15,878 bases of DNA, from contig DRKF01000101.1 of NCBI GenBank assembly GCA_011051915.1, positions 1 through 15,878 on the forward strand, written 5' to 3'. A program made the position numbers and the translations under genes. Below are positions 1 through 7,771 of this stretch, piece by piece. The notes below the pieces were generated by a model. The model was not told the DNA's origin. It made no database searches and worked only from the letters and a program-made list of their open reading frames with translations. Position 1 is the first letter of the stretch. The number at the start of each line of letters is the position of its first letter. This DNA comes from Acidimicrobiales bacterium. Lineage in GTDB: Bacteria > Actinomycetota > Acidimicrobiia > Acidimicrobiales > Poriferisodalaceae.

Positions 1-152
1 GGAATGGGTCGGGGTCGGCTGGCCGGCCCCGGAGCTCCCGGGCCGGCAGGCCCCACGGTGGACGAAGTAGTGGAAGGCCCGATAGCCGGCGTGGGCGGGC
101 GCCGATGGACGGCGGTCTCACGGCCGGGATCAGCGCCGGCCGGGGCCGTTGA

Positions 153-791
153 TCAGCTGATGTTCAAGTAGATGCCGCTGCGTACCAGATCGGCGTTCGG
201 GTTGGAGCTGCCCTCCATCCAGAAGGCCTGGAACTCCTCGTCACTTGCCTGGGTGTCGGCGAATTCCCCGTAGGCATCGAGATCGGCATGCCCCACGGCG
301 ATCAACACGGTCATCGGGTGCTGGCCGACGACCGACTGCATCACCCTGGGAATCCCGCCCATGCGGATGAAATGAGCGGCACCGATCTGAACCTGACCGA
401 CGAAGGCGGCCATTCTGCCCGGGTGTGCCCGCCACTGTGTTGCCGATACGACGCCCAGCGGACGATCGGGATCGGGCTGGTAGCCCGCATCGACATCGAA
501 GAACAGTGAGCTCTCGACCTGTTCCGCCGGCTGGTCGGCCCCGACCCGTGCCCAGAACTCCTGCCAACCCTCATCGGCCATGACCCGCTGCAACGACGCC
601 GCCCAGTCGGCGTTGTCGGCATGGGTGATCGTGGTGGTGATGGAACCGACGTCTCCGCCGGCGAGAGGCTGCAGGGCCGCGGCCTGAAGTCCGATCCGGC
701 GGAGATGCCCAACGGCCTCATCCGTCGCTGCGAGGTGGGCGGCCGCCCGGCCGGGAAGAGTGCGGAACCGAGCCAGAGAAGTGACAGCCAT
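153..791 (-). CDS. Hypothetical protein of about 212 aa; fold or family not recognised (possibly a DinB/MDMPI-like metal-binding fold, unverified)
   Basis: ORF 153..893; the internal Met at 791 is preceded by a strong SD (cacAGGAGGccaccATG on the minus strand), so 791 is the preferred start. Amino-acid composition is sensible for a protein. An AT-rich palindromic element lies 70-110 bp upstream. Confidence 0.45.
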   Translation of the reverse strand: MAVTSLARFRTLPGRAAAHLAATDEAVGHLRRIGLQAAALQPLAGGDVGSITTTITHADNADWAASLQRVMADEGWQEFWARVGADQPAEQVESSLFFDVDAGYQPDPDRPLGVVSATQWRAHPGRMAAFVGQVQIGAAHFIRMGGIPRVMQSVVGQHPMTVLIAVGHADLDAYGEFADTQASDEEFQAFWMEGSSNPNADLVRSGIYLNIS

Positions 792-860
792 GGTGGCCTC
801 CTGTGAACCACCGGCGATTCCCTTATCGGAAACCAGCGCCCGACAGCACAACCGGCACCC

Positions 861-910
861 TACTGGCAAATATAAATATTTGTCCACTATCAATAAATAG
901 TAATTGTCTG
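861..910 (-). promoter_or_regulatory. AT-rich island with a perfect inverted repeat CAAATAT-AA-ATATTTG (867-882); putative promoter/operator for the 153..791 gene
   Basis: A roughly 45-bp stretch of >80% AT sits in a 70% GC contig, immediately upstream of the minus-strand gene start and downstream of the flotillin stop. The 7-bp arms with a 2-bp spacer look like a dimeric repressor site. TTGATA and TATATT-like hexamers are present on the minus strand. Confidence 0.35.
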
Positions 911-968
911 GATCAGCTCGAGGGTGTCGAGTTCGTCGGTTCGGCGGTTCAGGACCGGCTTGATCGTC

Positions 969-2240
969 TCAGGAATCCGAGGTCGACGGTCGGGCCGGGG
1001 CGCTCAGCCGGGACAGGATGTCCACTCCGGTGGCGTTCTCGATCTGCTCGGACAGCTTGACCACCGAGCCGGGCAGTTGGCTGAGCATTTGAGGCAGTCC
1101 GGCCTCGGCGCCCCCTCCGTCGATGATCGATATGCGGTCGATGTCGATCCCGTTCACGGTGCTCACGATCTTGTCGATGATGTCGGGCAGCATGTTCAGT
1201 ACGAAGATCTCCTCGGCATCGTCACCCGCCGAGCGGTACTGCTCGACCAGGCGTCGGAAGACCTCGATCTGGGCCTGACCGTCCTCGATGATCTTGGCGG
1301 CCTCACCCTTGGCCTGTAGTTCCAGGGCCTCCTTGTTGGCCCGGGCCGGAGCGATCACGTCGGCCTCGAGACGGCGCTTCTGCAGCTCGATGCGGGCCAG
1401 CTCCAGTTCCTGCTCGGCCACCACCCGGGACCGGTCGGCCTCCACCTTGGCCTGCTGCTCCTTGGCGACGGCGATGAGGTCCAGCTCGGCGGTCCTCACC
1501 CGGAGCTCGTTCTGACGTTCCACCACCTCCAGTTCGGCCTCCACCCGGGCGATCTCGGCCCTCTTCTGGGCTGCGGCCTCCTCGGCCTGGGCCTCGGCCT
1601 GGCGCTGGGCCTCCGCCACCCGGGCCTCCTTGAGGACCAGAGCCGTCTGGCGCCGCCCGACCGAGTCCAGGTAGCCGGCCTCGTCGGTGACGTTCTGGAT
1701 CTTCAGGACATCCAACTCGAGACCCAGCTTTCTGATGTCGTCGTCGGCCTCCTCGATCAGGGTCTGGGCGAACTTGAGCCGGTCCTCGTTGACCTCCTCG
1801 GGGGTGAGGGTGGCGAGCACGCCGCGGAGGTTCGCCTCCAGGGTCTCCTTGGCCAGGCGGGGAATGTAGTCCGCCGGTCGTCCCAGGAAGCGTTCGACGG
1901 AGTTCTCCAACAGGCCGGCCCTACTGGACAGCTTGATGTTGGCGATGCCCTGGACATTGAGGGGGATGGCGCCCCTGGAGTAGGCGTTCTGCACCGCCAC
2001 CTCGATGGCGATGGTGTTCAGGTCCATGAACTGGACCTTCTCGATTATCGGCCAGCGGAGGGTTCGACCACCGCGGAGCACCCGGTAGCCGACCTTGGTG
2101 CCGTCGGGCATCTCCCGGGTTCGACCGGTTATGACCGCTATCCGGTTGGGGGGACAGATGACGATGAACGACTTCACGGCCAAGGTGACCACTATCAGGG
2201 CCAGGGCGACCAGGGCGGCCACGGCGATCAGGAAACTCAC
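969..2240 (-). CDS. Flotillin-like SPFH/band-7 domain protein (YqiK/FloT-like)
   Basis: N-terminal TM helix, then an SPFH core (IAVITGRTRE...VQFMDLNTIAIEV...), then a long Ala/Glu/Gln-rich coiled-coil flotillin tail (AEAQRQAEAQAEEAAAQKRAEIARVEAELE). GTG start at 2240 follows an AAGGA SD. The start overlaps the upstream NfeD stop in a GTGA arrangement. Confidence 0.9.
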   Translation of the reverse strand: MSFLIAVAALVALALIVVTLAVKSFIVICPPNRIAVITGRTREMPDGTKVGYRVLRGGRTLRWPIIEKVQFMDLNTIAIEVAVQNAYSRGAIPLNVQGIANIKLSSRAGLLENSVERFLGRPADYIPRLAKETLEANLRGVLATLTPEEVNEDRLKFAQTLIEEADDDIRKLGLELDVLKIQNVTDEAGYLDSVGRRQTALVLKEARVAEAQRQAEAQAEEAAAQKRAEIARVEAELEVVERQNELRVRTAELDLIAVAKEQQAKVEADRSRVVAEQELELARIELQKRRLEADVIAPARANKEALELQAKGEAAKIIEDGQAQIEVFRRLVEQYRSAGDDAEEIFVLNMLPDIIDKIVSTVNGIDIDRISIIDGGGAEAGLPQMLSQLPGSVVKLSEQIENATGVDILSRLSAPARPSTSDS

Positions 2241-2871
2241 GGGAGGTCCTTTCGGTCTGAATCTCCGCCGAGGGCGGAGAATTCGGTGATGAGGGCGACA
2301 CCCTCCCGGATCTCGACCACCACGACCCGGTCACCCCGGTCGAACTGACGGTCGGAGGAGGTGGGGAAGGTGCCGGCGACGAGTTGGAGCGGCTGGCCGT
2401 CGAGGTCGACCTCGATTCGACCCCGGGTGGAGGGGCCGACGGGAACGATGACCCGGGCGAGGTGGCCCGAGATCCGGTCGTCGGGGATGAGGCTGTCGGT
2501 GTCGGAACCCCTGAGAAAACTCATCAGGCGGGCGTTCACGTAGGCGGCGAACAATCCGAGGACGACAGCGGTTCCGGCCGTGAGGAGGGGGCCGGTTCCG
2601 ATCCATGTGAGAACCACCCCGGTCAGTCCGAAGAAGGCGGCGAAGAACACCAGAGACCGGAACGACAGCAGGCCCGACAGCAGGCCCACACCCTCGGACC
2701 CCCAGGGGTGATCGCCGTGGAGATCGGACTCCAGGTCCAGGTCCAGGTCGGTGCCGAGATCCAGGTCGATTCCCGAATCGATGTCGATATCGAGATCGGC
2801 GCCCGAGATGAGCAGAACCACCGTGATCACCCAGCCGAAGACTGCGGCGAAGACGTAGATCCCGAACATGG
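2237..2871 (-). CDS. NfeD-family membrane protein (YqiJ-like short NfeD with C-terminal OB-fold), partner of flotillin
   Basis: TM1 (MFGIYVFAAVFGWVITVVLLI), an acidic (Asp-Leu/Ile)n linker, two further TM helices, then a C-terminal beta-rich domain (GRIEVDLDGQPLQLVAG...GDRVVVVEIREGVALI) typical of the NfeD OB-fold. The preferred start is ATG 2871 (GGTGA SD 7 nt upstream); the longest ORF would start at 2938. The stop overlaps the flotillin GTG start. Confidence 0.8.
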
Positions 2872-3027
2872 CCTCATCACCCCCGTCCGGCCACCGGATC
2901 GTCCCTGCGGCCCCACCCGTCGAGCGGGAGATCTTCACCCGCGGTCAGATCCTATCGGAACCCCGCCGGTCGCCCACTGCGGCGACCGCCAGCGGCTCCC
3001 CGCCGCCGGGGTCGGTAGTCTGACCCG

Positions 3028-3831
3028 GTGCCGGAGTTGCCCGAGGTCGAGACCATCCGACGCCAGCTCGATCCTCTGCTGGGAGGGCGGACGATCGTCT
3101 CCGTGGAGTCTCATCCCGCTGCCAACTTCGTGTCGGCCACCGACGCGCAAGGGGCCCGGATCGACGGGGTCGGACGCCGCGGCAAGTATCTGATCGTGCC
3201 TCTCGAGGACGGGAGGGAGTTGATCATCCACCTCGGGATGACCGGATCGCTGCGGATCGCCCCGCCCGGCGACCGCGGTGACCGCTACGTGAGGTCACGG
3301 TGGGAGCTCGAAGGCGGCGATGTCCTCGAGTTCCGTGACGTGAGGAGGTTCGGACGGATCGCGGTGGTCGACGCCGGGGACTACCGGTCCCTGCCCACCC
3401 TCGCCCGGCTGGGCCCCGAACCGTTGTCACCCGGGTTCGACGGTGATGTCCTGTGGGCCGGGCTGAAGAGGAGCAACCGCCGGGTGAAGACCCAGCTCCT
3501 CAGTCAGAGACCCGTGGCGGGGGTGGGCAACATCTACGCCGACGAGGCCCTGTTCCGCGCCGGGGTGAACCCCGCCCTGCGGCGCGTGACCCGGGCCCAG
3601 GCCGGTCGCCTCGCACCGGCCATCACCGCGGTGCTCTCAGAGGGGATCGAGCACGGTGGCACGACTCTGAGGGACTACCGCACGGTCAGCGGCGAACAGG
3701 GAGGTCATCAGTTCCACCTGCTCTGCTACGGCCGGGCGGGTGAGCCCTGTGTGAACTGCGGGGAGGAGCTCTCCGGGCGGGTACTGGACGGTCGTTCGAC
3801 CACCTGGTGCCGAAGCTGCCAACCTCGGTGA
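3028..3831 (+). CDS. mutM: Formamidopyrimidine-DNA glycosylase (Fpg/MutM, Fpg/Nei family)
   Basis: GTG start is directly followed by PELPEVETIRRQL, which gives the catalytic N-terminal Pro after Met removal. The H2TH region is present, and the C-terminal zinc finger is CVNCGEELSGRVLDGRSTTWCRSCQ (CxxC-x16-CxxC). Confidence 0.88.
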   Translation: MPELPEVETIRRQLDPLLGGRTIVSVESHPAANFVSATDAQGARIDGVGRRGKYLIVPLEDGRELIIHLGMTGSLRIAPPGDRGDRYVRSRWELEGGDVLEFRDVRRFGRIAVVDAGDYRSLPTLARLGPEPLSPGFDGDVLWAGLKRSNRRVKTQLLSQRPVAGVGNIYADEALFRAGVNPALRRVTRAQAGRLAPAITAVLSEGIEHGGTTLRDYRTVSGEQGGHQFHLLCYGRAGEPCVNCGEELSGRVLDGRSTTWCRSCQPR

Positions 3832-3867
3832 CCCGCATCCCCGGGCCTTCCGGCGGGGACGTGCCGA

Positions 3868-5055
3868 TCAGGAACGGGGGATGCCCAGACGGGGATCGGA
3901 TACGGCATCGGTGAAGGCCTCGAGGGCCTCGGGCGAGGACACGACCCGCCAGTCGGTCTCCTTGTCGACCTCGAACCAGATGAACCCGACGACATCGGAT
4001 CGGGAAGCGATGGCGTCGATGACGTGGGAGATCCATCCCGCCTTCTGTCCCCCGTCCTCGGTGGCGCCGATCTCCGTGATCACGATGGGTCGGTCGGTGA
4101 ATGATCTGACGATGTCGATGGTCGGGCCGAACAGCTGATCGAAGGTGGGTACGTAGACGGAGGGGTCGATCCCGTTTCCGAGGTAGCCCACCAGCCCCAC
4201 CCAGTCGACGTAGTCGTCACCGGGGTAGAGGCCCTCCAGCGGGGTGAGGTTCGGATCGTCCAGGTTCGGATTCCACACCCAGATCACCTGATCGGCCCCG
4301 GCCCGGGTGAAGATGTCGTGCACGTGGCGCCAGGCGGCGACGTACTGTCCGGAGCGATTGCCGTTGGTGCTCTCGGCCCAGGGATACCAGTAGCCGTTCA
4401 TCTCGTGGGCGAACCGGATGGCCACGGGTCGGTCCCATTCGGCCAGCCCGGCGGCCCACTGCTCTATCTCCTCGTCGAAGTCACCGGCGATGATCCGGGC
4501 CAGGGCGTACTCGGGCTGTTCTCCCCGGCGACGATCGAACGTCGACTCCACCGTGTGGTCCCACGGTTCCCAGGCGATCATCGGAAGGTGCCCCGCCGCG
4601 GTGATCTGCTCGATCGTGGTCAGGTCGAAGTCGGGGGTGGCCCAGTCCCGGCTGATCATCACCACCTCGGGGTCCACGCCGGTCGCCCGGCTGAACTCCT
4701 CCACCTCGGCGAGTTCGCCGTTGGCTGTGCTCACACCGACGAAAGTGGTCCCCGGAGTGCCGACCAGGTCCATCCACGCGTAGGGATCGGGGGGAACGGC
4801 GGTGGTGGTGGGCCCGGTGGTTTCGGGGGGCCCCTCGGTGCCGGTGGTGGAGGGAGCCGGGTCCGGGGTGGACGAGGCCACGGTGGTGACCGGGGTGGCA
4901 GTGGTCGACGTCGGCCGGGGTACCAGGGTTGTCGGGGCGGATGTGGCGGCATCGCTGCTGGTGGCGGGCGACGACCAGGTCGCGAGAACACTGATCAGCC
5001 CCATCGCCACCACGGCGAGGACTATCACCAGTTGTGCGGTCCGGCCCTGGGTCAT
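3868..5055 (-). CDS. Membrane-anchored or secreted glycoside hydrolase family 26 (beta-mannanase/lichenase-type) protein with an N-terminal Pro/Thr-rich linker
   Basis: N-terminal hydrophobic anchor (LVIVLAVVAMGLISVLA), then an approximately 60-aa S/T/P-rich linker, then a catalytic domain with the GH26 signature RFAHEMNGYWYPWA (HEMNG.W..W motif, acid/base Glu) and VITEIGA (nucleophile Glu). It is divergent from the GT2 synthase gene. Confidence 0.7.
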   Translation of the reverse strand: MTQGRTAQLVIVLAVVAMGLISVLATWSSPATSSDAATSAPTTLVPRPTSTTATPVTTVASSTPDPAPSTTGTEGPPETTGPTTTAVPPDPYAWMDLVGTPGTTFVGVSTANGELAEVEEFSRATGVDPEVVMISRDWATPDFDLTTIEQITAAGHLPMIAWEPWDHTVESTFDRRRGEQPEYALARIIAGDFDEEIEQWAAGLAEWDRPVAIRFAHEMNGYWYPWAESTNGNRSGQYVAAWRHVHDIFTRAGADQVIWVWNPNLDDPNLTPLEGLYPGDDYVDWVGLVGYLGNGIDPSVYVPTFDQLFGPTIDIVRSFTDRPIVITEIGATEDGGQKAGWISHVIDAIASRSDVVGFIWFEVDKETDWRVVSSPEALEAFTDAVSDPRLGIPRS

Positions 5056-5258
5056 GATCTATCCATCGGAAGCAACCCGCCCATACATAGTGATGGCGAG
5101 GTCTCCCCGGTCACAACCCACTCCTCGCGGGGGAGGAAGAACGGGAGGACCCTCGCTGCCCGGGCGCGACCCGCACCGGTGAGCGCAGCACCTAAGTTCC
5201 CGGGGGTCTCCACCCGATCGGAACCTGATGTACTCCTCGATCCCGGAGATCCCCACCC

Positions 5259-7211
5259 GTGCGTGAGGTGGATCTCTCCCGACCCCCCCATTCGGTTCCG
5301 CTGGCCACCTCCCTGGGAGGGTTGGAGCTGGCGGACGCCCCTCCGCCGCGTAGTCCGGCGGCCAGATCCGCTGTACACGCCCTGGCCCTGCTCACGGTGG
5401 TGGTGACCCTCGGATACCTGGGCTGGCGTCTCCTGTTCACGGTCAACTGGTCCGGCTGGTGGCTCTCCGTTCCCCTGTTCCTGCTGGAGGCCCATCTGGG
5501 TCTGAGGATGATCGTCACCATCGTCGAGCTGTGGGACACCGACACGATCGATCCTCCCGAACCGGTGTCGTCCCTGGCACCGGCCGGGCTGAGGGTGGCG
5601 GTTCTGATCACGACCTACGACGAGGGCCCCGAAGTGCTGCTGCCCACGGTCACCGCGGCGCTGGGGTTGAGCCCCGCACACGAGACGTGGATCCTCGACG
5701 ACGGTCATCGGCCCCAGGTGAGAGCCATGGCGGCGGCCCTGGGGGCCCGGTACCTCACCCGGCCCGACAACTCCCACGCCAAGGCCGGGAACATCAACCA
5801 CGCCCTGGGGGTGGTGGAGGCCGATCTGGTGGCGATTCTCGACGCCGACCACGTACCGGAACCCGACTTCCTCAACCACACCCTGGGCTACTTCGAGGAT
5901 CCCGCGGTGGCCCTCGTCCAGACCCCGCAGGAGTTCTACAACAACGACTCGTTCATCCACAGCGGTGGGGACGGCTTCCACGAGGAGCAGTTCTTCCACC
6001 GGGTGATCATGCCCGGCAAGAACCGGTGCAACGCCGCCTTTTGGTGTGGCACCAACGCCGTACTCAGGGTGGCCGCCCTCGACTACGTGGGAGGGGTCTC
6101 GACCTCGACCATCACCGAGGACATGCACACCACGCTGAGACTGCACAAGGCCGGCTGGCGGACCGTTCACCACAACGAGGTCCTGGCCCGGGGACTCGCC
6201 CCCCGGAACTTCGCCGAGTTCCAGACCCAGAGGTGGCGATGGGGAGCGGGGGCCATGCAGTCGGTGGCCATGGAGAATCCACTCGTGTCGTCGGGGCTGA
6301 CGCCGGGGCAGCGGATCATGTACCTGGGCTCGGCCCTGAGCTGGTTCGACAGCTGGCGGACCCTCGGTTTCCACATCGTCCCCGCTGTGGTCCTCCTGAC
6401 CGGGGTCGCCCCCCTCACGGTTCCCTTCGGGCAGCTCCTGGCGGCCCTCGCCGTGGTTCACCTGCTCCACATGTCCACCAGCCGGGTGATGAGCCGGGGC
6501 CGGTTGCGCCTCCGGTCGACCCTGCTGTTCGAGGTTCTCAAGATGCCGGCGAACATCAGCTCGTCGCTGATCTACCTGCGACCGAGGAAACTGAGCTTCG
6601 AGGTCACTCCCAAGGGTCGTACCGGAACTGGTCGCAGTCGGCACTCGGTCCCGGTCATGATCAAGGCCCTGATCACCCTGGACGTCGTCGCCTGGGCCTG
6701 GGCCACGGCCACCATGGCGGGGCTGACTCCCGTCGGCTATCCGGGCCGGTTGCCGGCCCTGGCCGGGGTGGCCTGGCTGCTGATCAACCTCACCTTCCTG
6801 GCCCTGGCCGCCGAACGGATCCACGACGCGGGGTTCGGGTCGGAACGAAGGGCCGGTCACCGGGTGGGACTCTCCGTCCCGGCCCGAGTCGCCTGGAGCG
6901 GTGGTCCCGGAGGGGGCGATCATGGCGTCACCGCCATGGTGGAGGATGTTTCCCTGGCCGGGGCCGGCCTGGTCGTCGCCGCCGGGTCCCCGGTTCCCGA
7001 GGTGGGCTCCGAAGTCGTTCTCACCGTGTTCCTGGGCGCCGTACCCGTGACCCTGACGGGGTTCATCCGAAAGAGCACCGATCGTGGGTCCAGCGGGGAG
7101 CACTCGTTGGGAATCGAGTTCTCCGAGGGGCAGTGGCGCGATCTCTCCCGCCTGGCGAATGCCCTCTTCCGTGCCGGTCTGACGTCGAGGTTGGTTCCGG
7201 TGGCGGCGTGA
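5259..7211 (+). CDS. Processive family-2 glycosyltransferase (cellulose-synthase/BcsA-like beta-glycan synthase) with a C-terminal PilZ c-di-GMP-binding domain
   Basis: Two N-terminal TM helices, then a GT-A domain with ILDDGHRP (DDG), ILDADH (DxD), ITEDMHT (TED) and QTQRWRWG (QxxRW). Multiple C-terminal TM helices follow. The PilZ domain carries RRAGHR (RRxxxR, nt about 6846-6863) and, about 28 aa later, DVSLAG (DxSxxG, nt about 6945-6962). GTG start at 5259; the exact start is uncertain. Confidence 0.88.
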   Translation: MREVDLSRPPHSVPLATSLGGLELADAPPPRSPAARSAVHALALLTVVVTLGYLGWRLLFTVNWSGWWLSVPLFLLEAHLGLRMIVTIVELWDTDTIDPPEPVSSLAPAGLRVAVLITTYDEGPEVLLPTVTAALGLSPAHETWILDDGHRPQVRAMAAALGARYLTRPDNSHAKAGNINHALGVVEADLVAILDADHVPEPDFLNHTLGYFEDPAVALVQTPQEFYNNDSFIHSGGDGFHEEQFFHRVIMPGKNRCNAAFWCGTNAVLRVAALDYVGGVSTSTITEDMHTTLRLHKAGWRTVHHNEVLARGLAPRNFAEFQTQRWRWGAGAMQSVAMENPLVSSGLTPGQRIMYLGSALSWFDSWRTLGFHIVPAVVLLTGVAPLTVPFGQLLAALAVVHLLHMSTSRVMSRGRLRLRSTLLFEVLKMPANISSSLIYLRPRKLSFEVTPKGRTGTGRSRHSVPVMIKALITLDVVAWAWATATMAGLTPVGYPGRLPALAGVAWLLINLTFLALAAERIHDAGFGSERRAGHRVGLSVPARVAWSGGPGGGDHGVTAMVEDVSLAGAGLVVAAGSPVPEVGSEVVLTVFLGAVPVTLTGFIRKSTDRGSSGEHSLGIEFSEGQWRDLSRLANALFRAGLTSRLVPVAA

Positions 7212-7352
7212 GGACGGGAGAAGCAGAGAAGATCGCGACCGGGGGGCGGCGCCCGGCGTCCTCTGTGCGTAGTAGAAACTGAGGTGGTCTCCAATTTGGC
7301 GGCCACGTGCTACCGGAACACAGGACGTACTCACCGACACGGAGGATGGGAC

Positions 7353-7547
7353 ATGGGTCTCAAGGACTTCGCCGACAAGGCCAAGGATGCTCTCGGGGAT
7401 GCCCGCGAGAAGATCGAGGACGTGGCCGAGGCCGCCGTCGACAAGGTCGACGACATGACCGGGGGGAAGGTTCCCGACAAGGTCAAGGATCTCGTCGACA
7501 AGATCGACGGCGAGGACGACGACGCCGCCGAGGGCGCAGAGAGCTGA
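7353..7547 (+). CDS. Small acidic protein (64 aa), MT0933-like antitoxin / CsbD-like general-stress family
   Basis: ATG at 7353 has a GGAGGA SD 7 nt upstream. The sequence MGLKDFADKAKDALGDAREKIEDVAEAAVDKVDDMTGGKVPDKVKDLVDKIDGEDDD has the KAKD..G...DK.TGGK..DK.D pattern of the MT0933/Rv0909-like family. Confidence 0.6.
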   Translation: MGLKDFADKAKDALGDAREKIEDVAEAAVDKVDDMTGGKVPDKVKDLVDKIDGEDDDAAEGAES

Positions 7548-7644
7548 ACCCGGTGGAAGGGGGATGACCCTCCTCCGGTGGCAATCGCCGATCCGCGTCC
7601 CCTCGGGTGAACCGGACCCGGTGGTCACCGATCGAGAATGAACC

Positions 7645-7673
7645 GGAGGCGGGACCGTCGAGGTCCCGCCTCC
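7645..7673. terminator. Perfect 11-bp GC-rich hairpin (GGAGGCGGGAC-cgtcgag-GTCCCGCCTCC) between convergent genes; putative bidirectional intrinsic terminator
   Basis: An exact 11-bp inverted repeat with a 7-nt loop lies about 95 bp past the small-protein stop and about 100 bp past the coiled-coil gene stop. It is followed by cgcgttctc. Actinobacterial terminators often lack long U-tracts. Confidence 0.4.
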
Positions 7674-7771
7674 CGCGTTCTCGAGCTGTTCCGCGTCGGT
7701 GCGCTGTCCGGATCGGGTGGGGTCCCGGGTGCTGGTCCCGGCTCGGCCACTGCCGAGGGCGTCCGGGCTTC

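Noticed and set aside
1-152. Possible partial gene at the left edge of the window
   Set aside because: It has no start or stop context and no recognisable motif in any frame of this 150-bp GC-rich stretch, so I cannot support a call.
3832-3867. Short GC-rich imperfect inverted repeat (tccccgggccttccggcgggga) between the convergent Fpg and GH26 genes as a terminator
   Set aside because: It is plausible, but the stem is only about 6 bp with internal mismatches. That is too weak to call from sequence alone.
7212-7352. ECF-sigma-like -35 (GGAAC) upstream of the small MT0933-like gene
   Set aside because: There is no matching -10 (GTT) at the required 16-19-bp spacing, so I cannot support a specific promoter call.
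5052-7628. An 858-aa minus-strand ORF, and a 607-aa plus-strand ORF at 5459..7282, overlapping the GT2 synthase gene
   Set aside because: Their translations are Gly/Arg/Pro-rich, low-complexity and motif-free, which is typical of GC-rich off-frame or antisense reading. The 5259..7211 frame carries complete, ordered GT2 and PilZ catalytic motifs, so it is the real gene.
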